25,458 bases of DNA from Polyangiales bacterium. GTDB taxonomy: Bacteria; Myxococcota_A; Polyangia; Polyangiales; Ga0077539. Below the pieces are notes generated by a model, which worked only from the letters and a program-made list of their open reading frames with translations, was not told the origin of the DNA and did no database searches. Positions within the stretch are counted from its first letter, which is position 1. Each line of letters begins with the position of its first letter. The stretch is from contig JBGARZ010000034.1 of assembly GCA_044229975.1 (NCBI GenBank), positions 1 through 25,458 of the forward strand. The letters run 5' to 3'. A program made the translations under genes and the position numbers. This document shows positions 7,747 through 15,475 of this stretch, piece by piece.

Positions 7747-9880
7747 CGAATATGCGAGAGTCGTACGTTGTTTTGTATCGTTCGGAGAAGTTTTTCTCAA
7801 CGTAGTCCTGATTTTCTTCGTCTAACGAATAGACCTCCTTATCCTCGGTTGTTCGGTGTTGCATGACGAATCCTCTCCATGCAACCCAGAGAACGAAAAC
7901 ATCGATTGCCTCTTCTTTTGTAACGATCTTTTTGACCTCTTCTTGGGCGCAAGGCTGGAGTGATGTCGATCCGATGTATTCCTTCAACCTGCTGATATCT
8001 TCATCATCTAAATTCACTTTGGTATTCGACGCAGCTTGCATTGATGCATTCGGAAGCCAACGACCCAACTTCGCTGGCCCAATCGCTCGAAGAAGTATCT
8101 GCCAACTAACGTCGGCGATGGTTTTTGCGGTCTTGTACCGTTTTTCTTTTCTGTCCAGCGGAGACGTCAATTCATGCACTTTACGGGCGAACCAAAAATA
8201 CTTGAGAATGACAATCTCCTCTTGTGTCAACGGCGCATCAGACTTCAGAATCGCCGATGAGCGCGACTGCCTGAACGCGGGATGGGCCGCTCTCTCTTCC
8301 GCCGCGAAGGAAGCCTCTTCGACCAAAGTGCGCAGTTGCAACAGGTCGCCCGGACACAGCCCCGCGCTCACAACGTCAGCGAAGTAGTGATTAAAATCCC
8401 AGTCCGGGATGAACTCGCGTCCGTTGGGGATGCTGCGTACGATCAAGTTCACCGCATCGACCACGTCCGCCCGGGTCAACGGTGGAATCTTGATCTTGGG
8501 AAGACCCATCCGATACCACAGCTCGCTACGGAGGACTCGGGGCGCGGGAGCTGCCATCGCCGCAGCTGACCATGAAACCCCCTCCGGAAGATCGTTTTCG
8601 TTTTTGGGTTCGATGAGACGGGTCGCCGCTAGCAACCGGAAGTGCAACGCCCCATTTTCGTCTCGGAGGCAATGCGACCAATCCGCATTTACTGGTCGTA
8701 ACTCGCCCTCCTCCAGCAACCGGATGAAACTGGCCTGCGCCCTCGACGGTACGTCAGATAGTTCCTCGATGAACACGTCGCAGAAGACGTCGGACTGGGT
8801 TACTCGCACCGGGAGAATCACACTCGCAGGTAGCGCGTCAAAGGACGACAACCGGCCTTGGACGATGGGGGCTACCAAGACGCCGTACCGAGCGGTGCCA
8901 TCCCTGCCCTGTTGTCCGTGCAGGTCGGTCAGTGAGACCTGCCCCTCAGGGCCGAACGAGCGCAAGGAGGTGAGCGATGGCCACAACCGAGGCACCTCTT
9001 CGCTGGTCAGGTCGGTCTCGACCGTGCGGAATGCGGTCTCTTCCCGCAGAATGTCGGCATAGTGCCCGGTGAGGGCATGCAGGTGCTCCGCGACGAAGGC
9101 GCCACTCCCCATCGGGCCTGCGATCAGTGCGTGTGAAAGATGCCCGCTGCGCACGCCGCGGTGGGCGACTTGCAAAAGACTCCAGCGAGTCTGCGGTTCA
9201 ACGATCTGGCAGGAGACGGCAATGTGCAGAAGGGAAAAGAGGTGAAACTCCAACTCGATGGAAGCGGCACGCCCTTTCTCGCAAACGATCAGACCCAACT
9301 TACAGAAGTGGGCAAAAATATCAGGCACCCCTCCCGGCGAGACGAGCGTCTCGGCCGACCCCTTTGCATCTGTGGGCAGGACGGGCACTCCGAGATCGTC
9401 TTCTCCCCCGTCACGATCCCGGTGCCGCGAGGCCGCAGCCTTCAAGGCCCGAAATTCCTCTTGGACACTGTCGACGTTGGCTGAATGCACCAAGGTTCGG
9501 CGCAGGAGGCGAAGTTGTGGGTGTGAAGCGAGATAGGCCAGGGTTGTGAACCCGTGATAGCCGAGCGAGCACAGCTCTTCGATCGTCGCTTGGATGCCTG
9601 GGGTCTCCGAAAGTTTGATCGCACTCCAATCGCAGGACCGCGCGTGAGGGTTCGCGGGCAACCGCAGGTCGACGACGATAGCGTCGTAACCCGCCAGTCT
9701 TTCCTGGGTGTATTCCCCGCCCGCCGCAAGGGCGAACGGTTCGCAAGTTACCTCGATCGGCCGGTTCGACTTGAGCCAGCGCCGAAAGCGGTCCGAGTCC
9801 TTGAACTGTTCAACGGCGTCGCCCGCGACGGCGTGATCGTCCACAACTAGTATGCGCAGAGGGGGAGGGGCGAAGGGCAC
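7736..9880 (-). CDS. Response regulator: receiver domain + degenerate sigma54-activator-like AAA+ domain + unknown C-terminal domain (714 aa)
   Basis: GTG 9880 overlaps the upstream TAG. Receiver motifs LRILVVDDH...AIVVDLRLP...VHSAN; bEBP-like blocks FIEELSDVPSRAQASFIRLLEEGELRPV, RLLAAT, LRSELWYRM..IKIPPL, PGDLLQLRTLVEEA. Confidence 0.85.
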   Translation of the reverse strand: MPFAPPPLRILVVDDHAVAGDAVEQFKDSDRFRRWLKSNRPIEVTCEPFALAAGGEYTQERLAGYDAIVVDLRLPANPHARSCDWSAIKLSETPGIQATIEELCSLGYHGFTTLAYLASHPQLRLLRRTLVHSANVDSVQEEFRALKAAASRHRDRDGGEDDLGVPVLPTDAKGSAETLVSPGGVPDIFAHFCKLGLIVCEKGRAASIELEFHLFSLLHIAVSCQIVEPQTRWSLLQVAHRGVRSGHLSHALIAGPMGSGAFVAEHLHALTGHYADILREETAFRTVETDLTSEEVPRLWPSLTSLRSFGPEGQVSLTDLHGQQGRDGTARYGVLVAPIVQGRLSSFDALPASVILPVRVTQSDVFCDVFIEELSDVPSRAQASFIRLLEEGELRPVNADWSHCLRDENGALHFRLLAATRLIEPKNENDLPEGVSWSAAAMAAPAPRVLRSELWYRMGLPKIKIPPLTRADVVDAVNLIVRSIPNGREFIPDWDFNHYFADVVSAGLCPGDLLQLRTLVEEASFAAEERAAHPAFRQSRSSAILKSDAPLTQEEIVILKYFWFARKVHELTSPLDRKEKRYKTAKTIADVSWQILLRAIGPAKLGRWLPNASMQAASNTKVNLDDEDISRLKEYIGSTSLQPCAQEEVKKIVTKEEAIDVFVLWVAWRGFVMQHRTTEDKEVYSLDEENQDYVEKNFSERYKTTYDSRIFVKK

Positions 9881-11331
9881 TACCGCACCGAACCCGCGGG
9901 CGCCGTCAACGTGAGGGTGAGCGCGTCGGACTCGACGAAGGGGGTCACCTCCCAACCCGCCTCAGCCAACGACCGTCGCGCCAAACCGATTCCACGGAGC
10001 GACGACTCCGCTTCGATCTCACCCGACCAGTGGGCCGCCACCGTGCGGAGCTTCGCCTCATCGGCGGCGCCAGACGAACGTATCACGACGCGCCCCTCAT
10101 CGACCGTCACGTCCAGGCGCAACCCCGGATTCGCACCCGCGTGCTTGATCGCGTTGCGAAGAATCTCGACGCATGCACGCATGCACTTGCCGTTGAGCGG
10201 CTTCTGCTTGACCCCCGCGGACCCCTTGCGCGTCACGAACACGCTGCACTTCGCACTCAAGCCGCGATGCTGCAACCAGAGCGAGCGGGCCGCCTTCAGA
10301 AGAAAGTCATCTGCGACGGGAGCCAACTCCGCAGACCTCGGGTCGTCGGCCCACGGCCAGCGCAGGTACGCCGCGAGTCCGCTCAAGCGGTCGAGTGTCT
10401 CCCGAACGTCCGCGGCCGCGGCCCCCGCGGCGACCTGCGCTCGCGCCGCGTTCGCGATCGTCTCCACCACGAAGCCCTGGTTGCGCAACTCGTGCGCGGC
10501 GGCGGCGCCGAGTTCCGCATGGACCGCCGCCTGCGCGTTGATCCTCGCCTCTTGTTCACGAAGGAAGTGCATCGCGTCGAACAGCAGTTCGCGCGTCGCG
10601 ACCTCTGCCGCGCGGACGACATCCAGCGCTCCATAAGTGTACCCGATGCCGATGACCTTCCCGTCGAAGGGGTTGGTGACCAGGAGAGCGGCCTGCGTGC
10701 CCGTACGCGGGAGGAGAGCCTGCATGTAGCGCTCATACGCCCTTCGGTCCGGTTCGGCCGAGCCAAGCAGCTGCCACGTCATGAACGCAACGGCCTCATG
10801 CGGATCGTGCAGTTCAGACACGGTCGGCGCGCCATCGTTTCCCAACTTCAGAACGAATGAGCGAACCCCCCTCAGCTTGGCAACGTTGACGATCTCGAAG
10901 TGGCGATGCAGGCGAAACGTCCCTTCGGCACCAACCAGTTTCTGATGGATCCTCCACGTCTCCTGACAAGCGAGTTCGTGATCTCTATTGCCCGGCAACC
11001 TCCAGTCGCCGGGGTTGCCCTCGGCGCTGCTGGAGGCGATGCGGTTGGACTTCACCCAAGCCATGCGCGGGTAGTAGACGAGGTACCAAGCAGCGGCGAG
11101 ATGGTCACCCGCGAAGTATTCGGCGAGCTTCCAAAGAAAGTCACTGGCGGCCTTCGGGAAGGCCAGGACGTCGTTGATGACCTTCAGCCTCTCGGTGAGC
11201 ACCTTGACGTCGTCCTGCTCGACGAAGGCGGAGAAGTAGTGGTGCGCCCCCCCGAGCGTGGAGTGACCGGTTGGCGCAGCGGAAGGCGGTTGTTCTACCA
11301 GCGACGCGTTCGCGGTCTCCTGGATGGTCAC
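9880..11331 (-). CDS. Soluble sensor histidine kinase (483 aa), possibly with a GAF-like input domain
   Basis: GTGA overlap with the methyltransferase stop (11328-11331); H-box AAAHELRN, N-box EILRNAIKH, G2-like RGIGL; no evident TM helix. Confidence 0.8.
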   Translation of the reverse strand: MTIQETANASLVEQPPSAAPTGHSTLGGAHHYFSAFVEQDDVKVLTERLKVINDVLAFPKAASDFLWKLAEYFAGDHLAAAWYLVYYPRMAWVKSNRIASSSAEGNPGDWRLPGNRDHELACQETWRIHQKLVGAEGTFRLHRHFEIVNVAKLRGVRSFVLKLGNDGAPTVSELHDPHEAVAFMTWQLLGSAEPDRRAYERYMQALLPRTGTQAALLVTNPFDGKVIGIGYTYGALDVVRAAEVATRELLFDAMHFLREQEARINAQAAVHAELGAAAAHELRNQGFVVETIANAARAQVAAGAAAADVRETLDRLSGLAAYLRWPWADDPRSAELAPVADDFLLKAARSLWLQHRGLSAKCSVFVTRKGSAGVKQKPLNGKCMRACVEILRNAIKHAGANPGLRLDVTVDEGRVVIRSSGAADEAKLRTVAAHWSGEIEAESSLRGIGLARRSLAEAGWEVTPFVESDALTLTLTAPAGSVR

Positions 11332-12254
11332 GACGGGCCCCTGCGCCGGGCGATGAACACCCCGTGGAACATTCCGGCACCCAGGGGTTGGTCGACGCCT
11401 AGAGGCACGGCCATATCGAGCCGAAATCCCGCCAACTTGAGCGCCCTGCTCCACCCAGTCGTCGTGTTGAAGTTGAGCGGGCAGGGGATGGGTTGCGCAA
11501 TCCCTGGCGACCACCCCGCGGTGTTGGCGAGTTGGTCGATGAAGCCCGTCACCACCACCCGGTCTTCCTCCGTCAGTTGCATGTACTCCCGGCTCAGCAC
11601 TGCGTCGCGCCCACGTTCGGTCGGTTCACCCTTTGGATCGAGCTGCGCGTCGACGATCACCAACCTCCCCGCCGGGCGAAGCACCCGACCGGCCTCGCGA
11701 AGCACGCGCGGCGGGTCGGCAGCGTGGTGCAGCACGTTGGCGAGCAGCACGCAGTCCACGCTCTCCGCCGGTAGGGGTGTCTCGTCGGCGTCGGAGACCC
11801 AGACGAAGGGCGGGGCGCGCACGTGGTCGAATTCCGGCGACCGGAAGACGTCGCCAGCCAGCACAAGTCCAGGCCGGGCAGCGGCGAGCAGCGTCGCGAC
11901 CGCACCGTCCCCACAGCCAAGGTCCAGCACCGTTCCCGTCCCGAGCCGGTCGGCCACCTGCTGCGCAATGCGCCGAGCGCGCGCGTCGCGGCTGCGGGTG
12001 ATGGACTCCGAGACGATGTGCGGCGCGATGTACTCGCGCACCGCGCGGAGGTAGGGCGCGTCGGCCTCGATGTTGAGCGCGAGTTGGAGGATCTCGTCGG
12101 CCGCTCGGCGCCGGACCGGGGGCCGTGCGCCGATGGCGGCCAGGTAGCGCGGCAGGGACTGGCGGAGGTATCTGTCGACCGCGGGGTGACGGAGCCCCTC
12201 GGTCCGATGAAGCAGCGTAACCCCTAATGTGTTCTTCTTGTACTTCGTGACCAT
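11328..12254 (-). CDS. Class I SAM-dependent methyltransferase
   Basis: Motif I VLDLGCGDG; PLPAESVDCVLLANVLHH; LREAGRVLRPAGRLVIVD. Start ATG 12254 is inferred because upstream sequence is IS relic. Confidence 0.9.
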   Translation of the reverse strand: MVTKYKKNTLGVTLLHRTEGLRHPAVDRYLRQSLPRYLAAIGARPPVRRRAADEILQLALNIEADAPYLRAVREYIAPHIVSESITRSRDARARRIAQQVADRLGTGTVLDLGCGDGAVATLLAAARPGLVLAGDVFRSPEFDHVRAPPFVWVSDADETPLPAESVDCVLLANVLHHAADPPRVLREAGRVLRPAGRLVIVDAQLDPKGEPTERGRDAVLSREYMQLTEEDRVVVTGFIDQLANTAGWSPGIAQPIPCPLNFNTTTGWSRALKLAGFRLDMAVPLGVDQPLGAGMFHGVFIARRRGPS

Positions 12255-12352
12255 GAGCGCCGACGATGGTGCCTCATTCCGGCCCAAGGCGGCAAGGCGT
12301 CGGTAGATGCCCCGGCTCGGGGTTCTCGGGGTTGATCGACCGTGGATCAATG

Positions 12353-12967
12353 TTACGCAGCCCGGCCGACGAACTCGGTGAAGTAGTCCAGGTCCTGGGT
12401 GTCGAGCGGGGCGTCGACCGTGAAAACGGTGAGCGACAGCCACCGTGCCTGCACGTACCAAGTCGCCTTCCCCAGCGCGGTGCGCTCGGCAGCCCCCCGG
12501 CGCGATCTGCAACACCCACTGCCGCAGCTCCTCCAACAGCGGCACGCTCTCGACCTAGCACCGACGGATGGGCCACAAGCGCTACGCACACGCGACGGAG
12601 TTGTTTCTGACGGCTGACGGGCGGCAGTAACGGCTCGCGCAACCGGCTGTGGAAGATGCAGATGCAGCGACTGCGCCCATCCAGCAGTAGGAGCACGCGC
12701 TCCACGATCTCTTCGCGAGCGACGCGACGAGGAAACTCATGACCTTCCACGGTCTGCGCGCGACCGGATCACCTGGCGCGCCATCCGCGGAGACGAGGTC
12801 GACAGGCGCTCTCGCCAGGAGGTCGGGCGGCCCCGCGAGATGTCGCGCCGGGCACAGAACTCTGTGGGGATCAGGCCCGAGGCGGCAAGGCCATCGAGGC
12901 CCGCGGTGGCGTGGGCCTCGGGCCAGTGGTGCCAGCGGCGGCGTCCGGTCTTCGGTCGGCGGGACAT
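12353..12967 (-). pseudogene. Decayed three-gene IS66 (tnpA, tnpB and tnpC fragments)
   Basis: TnpA-like AASGLIPTEFCARRDIS...SWRERL; TnpB-like LLLLDG...CIFHSRL; TnpC-like ERAVPLLEELRQWV and TALGKATWYVQARWLSLTVF, in shifting frames but the correct order. Confidence 0.65.
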
Positions 12968-13039
12968 CAGGACCCCCGCACGCAGGCGAAGGACAACGTC
13001 GAGGTCCCCCGAAAGATACCGATCATGGAGGGGTTACCA

Positions 13040-13377
13040 TGCAACGGCCGAGACATCACAATCCCCATGGGGATGCCGCGCCGGATGCTACCTACCACAC
13101 CGTGCCCGGCAGCTTCGACCCGGTTGCGGCCGTCCGAACCCAGGTCATCCGGCCTTGGCGACGTGCGCTCCAGCGGCGCAGTCAACGGCGGAGCCGGATG
13201 GACCGGGGACGGATGGATCGTCTGGCGGCCTGCTGGCTCCCGCCCACCCACATCCTTCATCCCTGGCCCGAGCGGCGGTTTGACGCCAGCACCCGAGGCA
13301 GGAACCCAGTGCGATAGTACCGCTCGCTGGGATCTGTTCGGGGGCGGCCTGAGTCATCACCGACGAAGGGCCGTCCT
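13040..13377 (+). mobile_element. 3' remnant of a group II intron (maturase C-terminus + domain V + partial domain VI)
   Basis: YHTVPGS...VRTQVIRPWRRALQRRSQR..MDRLAACWLPPTHILHPWPERRF matches maturase domain X ends. DV-like GAACCCAGTGCGATAGTACCGCTCGCTGGGATC at ~13302-13334, then GGGGCGGCC...GGCCGTCC. No RT core (YADD) is present. Confidence 0.85.
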
Positions 13378-13415
13378 TAGCAGGGTTGAGTGGTGGGCCT
13401 CGAAAACCGCCAGCA

Positions 13416-14972
13416 TCAGCCGATCCCTCGGGTTTTGCGCAGGCGCAGGCGTAACGTTCGCCCCCTCAGCGTGAGGGCGGCCTCGTCGAAGACCCTCACC
13501 AACTCTCGCTGATGTTCGCGATCTCGGTATTCGTGGATGGGCTCCAGGTAGAGAGCGATCTCCGCCGCGCCGATCGCCGCGATGGTGCTTCGTCCGAGCA
13601 GCAACTCGTTCAGGCGCGCGGGCGTCATCGTGCGGACCGCCGGGATGCGACTGCAACCCAGCGTGATCGCGAGCGCGTTGGTGAGCAGCAGCATCAGCCA
13701 CTTGGCCAGCATCTCGCCGGTGCCATCGACCACGCGGACGTGCTTCGTCGTGGGCTTGTCACGAATCTGCTGCGCCTTGAGCGTCTCGGCGCCGATCTTC
13801 ATCAACGTTCGATCGAAGTGCCGGGCCTCCTTCGGGCTCCCACGGTGGTTGATCGACTGAAGGGTCTCGGCCAGTGCCTCGTACCGCGCCGCGCTGCGCT
13901 CCAACTTGCCGTCGTCGCCGCGGCTGCACGCGAGCTCGATGCGGCGGCTGCGATTGACGCCGAAGCCCACCGCCTGCCACGCCTTGAGCACGTTCTCCCC
14001 GCCGCCCCAGCGACCCTTGTAAACCGCGTCGAGGTTGCGCAGCTCGTCGGGCGTGAGCGTGGCGTCCACGAGGTACACGATCGCCGTCTCACACGCGGCG
14101 CCGCGATCAGGGTTCGCGGGAAAGGCGATCCGACGCGGGCCTGGCTCGTCGGCGTTCGGGGCCACGTCGCCCGCGAGGTCGAGGTCGGGGGTGACCCGCA
14201 ACGGCAACCCCGACTCGGTGAAGTCGGTGGCCTCGGCGACGGCGGGGAGCTCGGTCGATCGCTGGGCCATCGTCAGGTACGGCAAGCGCGCGTCGTGCAT
14301 GAAGCGCAGCGTTCGCTTCCCGTTGCCGCCGCGATCGACGACGAAGTGATGCACCGACTGGAGCCAGCGCCGACGCTCCTCGTCGGCAGACAGGTCTTCG
14401 ATGGCGTCGTACAGCGGCGTCGCGGGCTTGTGCGCCGAGAGGTGCAGTCCGAGCGTGAGGCCGGGCGACGTATCGAGCGCGATGTGCACCGTCGTCACGC
14501 CGAAGTACACCGCCCCCAGGCACCGGTTGGCCAGACGGCCGATGGGACCGGCGTGCGCGGGCCGCTTGGTCCACCACACCTGATCGAACATGTCGGTGAA
14601 CGCCGTGACCACGTGGCCCCGAGCCGCGGTAGTCACCTGCGCGAACACCTGTTGCGCACACGCGATCGCGCCGCCCGCCTGCTCGATTCGCTCGGCCTCC
14701 TGCCGCAGCCACGCCTCGCTGTACGGGCGCGCTCGCCCCGTGAACAGGGTCTCTGCGCCCGCGTCACGCGACGCGGCGGCGAGCCCTCCTCGTGTCAGCA
14801 AGCGACCCGCCAACGCGCTCAGGATCGTCGTCGTTCGTGCGACCTCGCGCGGCGACGACGCGACCTGCGCCGCGATCGCCTGCAACGGTCCTGCGATCAG
14901 CGCCGGGAGGAGGAGCGTCCCGACCGACTGCTCGATGCGGGGCTCGTCGGCGCCCCGCTCGCCGACGCGACC
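13416..14972 (-). CDS. DDE transposase catalytic ORF (orfB; probably expressed by -1 frameshift from orfA)
   Basis: Candidate catalytic residues AFTDMFD, FVVDRGG and YKGRWGGGENVLK (Y-x2-R-x4-E, YREK-like); no good internal start/RBS noticed. Confidence 0.8.
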   Translation of the reverse strand, partial: GRVGERGADEPRIEQSVGTLLLPALIAGPLQAIAAQVASSPREVARTTTILSALAGRLLTRGGLAAASRDAGAETLFTGRARPYSEAWLRQEAERIEQAGGAIACAQQVFAQVTTAARGHVVTAFTDMFDQVWWTKRPAHAGPIGRLANRCLGAVYFGVTTVHIALDTSPGLTLGLHLSAHKPATPLYDAIEDLSADEERRRWLQSVHHFVVDRGGNGKRTLRFMHDARLPYLTMAQRSTELPAVAEATDFTESGLPLRVTPDLDLAGDVAPNADEPGPRRIAFPANPDRGAACETAIVYLVDATLTPDELRNLDAVYKGRWGGGENVLKAWQAVGFGVNRSRRIELACSRGDDGKLERSAARYEALAETLQSINHRGSPKEARHFDRTLMKIGAETLKAQQIRDKPTTKHVRVVDGTGEMLAKWLMLLLTNALAITLGCSRIPAVRTMTPARLNELLLGRSTIAAIGAAEIALYLEPIHEYRDREHQRELVRVFDEAALTLRGRTLRLRLRKTRGIG

Positions 14973-15247
14973 AAAGGGTCGTCCGGCGGCGCGACCTCCT
15001 TGGACGACAGGCGCGGTCGCCCGCCCCGTCGACGCGGTAGGTCGTGAGAGGCCAGCACGTCTCGGATCAACGCCTCGCTCGGAAGGTCGACGAGCGGGCC
15101 CTTGCGTCGAAGCTCCTGCAAGACCTCGTGGCTCCCGATGCTCGGACCGGGAAGGCGCTGTCGGAGCGAGTAGTAGCTCTCCAGGATTCGGGCCTGCTTG
15201 ATCGTCAGGCCGTCGGGACTCGGCACGTCGGTGGCGGCGTCGCTCAT
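14897..15247 (-). CDS. IS orfA, putative N-terminal DNA-binding (HTH-like) part of the transposase
   Basis: 116 aa starting ~105 bp inside the left TIR; helical pattern followed by basic RRRGGRPR; overlaps orfB, which lies in the -1 frame. Confidence 0.7.
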   Translation of the reverse strand: MSDAATDVPSPDGLTIKQARILESYYSLRQRLPGPSIGSHEVLQELRRKGPLVDLPSEALIRDVLASHDLPRRRGGRPRLSSKEVAPPDDPLVASASGAPTSPASSSRSGRSSSRR

Positions 15248-15475
15248 AGGCTGCGACTACAGAATCCCGGAGCTCCCGTCCAGAGGGGCGACGGCACGCT
15301 GGCGGTTGATACGCTGCGGGCGAAGCGGCGCTCAGCTCAGCCACTCAACCCTGCTTAGGAGCCTCCGCTCAACAACCGATTGAGGACATCGAACAGAACC
15401 CGTTGCTCCGTCGTGGGCTGCCCCGATCAAACCGTCCGATAACTGAGCGGAAGCGCCTTAGCGCGACCGTGCAAA

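Larger units (their letters stand above)
13381..15353 (-). mobile_element. Unclassified insertion sequence, 1973 bp, DDE transposase (IS4-superfamily-like signature)
   Basis: Perfect 13-bp TIRs CAGGGTTGAGTGG (13381) / CCACTCAACCCTG (15353), flanked by the direct repeat CTTAG (13376-13380, 15354-15358). Confidence 0.9.

Noticed and set aside
12739..13317. Functional reverse transcriptase (intron, retron or DGR)
   Set aside because: Only the maturase C-terminal tail is present; there is no RT core or YxDD motif.
13512..15047. 511-aa plus-strand ORF
   Set aside because: Antisense shadow of the transposase, typical of high-GC DNA; no motifs.
14973..15344. Single 642-aa transposase starting at 15344
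   Set aside because: The start lies inside the TIR and the N-terminal translation looks like off-frame sequence; orfA (15247) is the more protein-like frame here.
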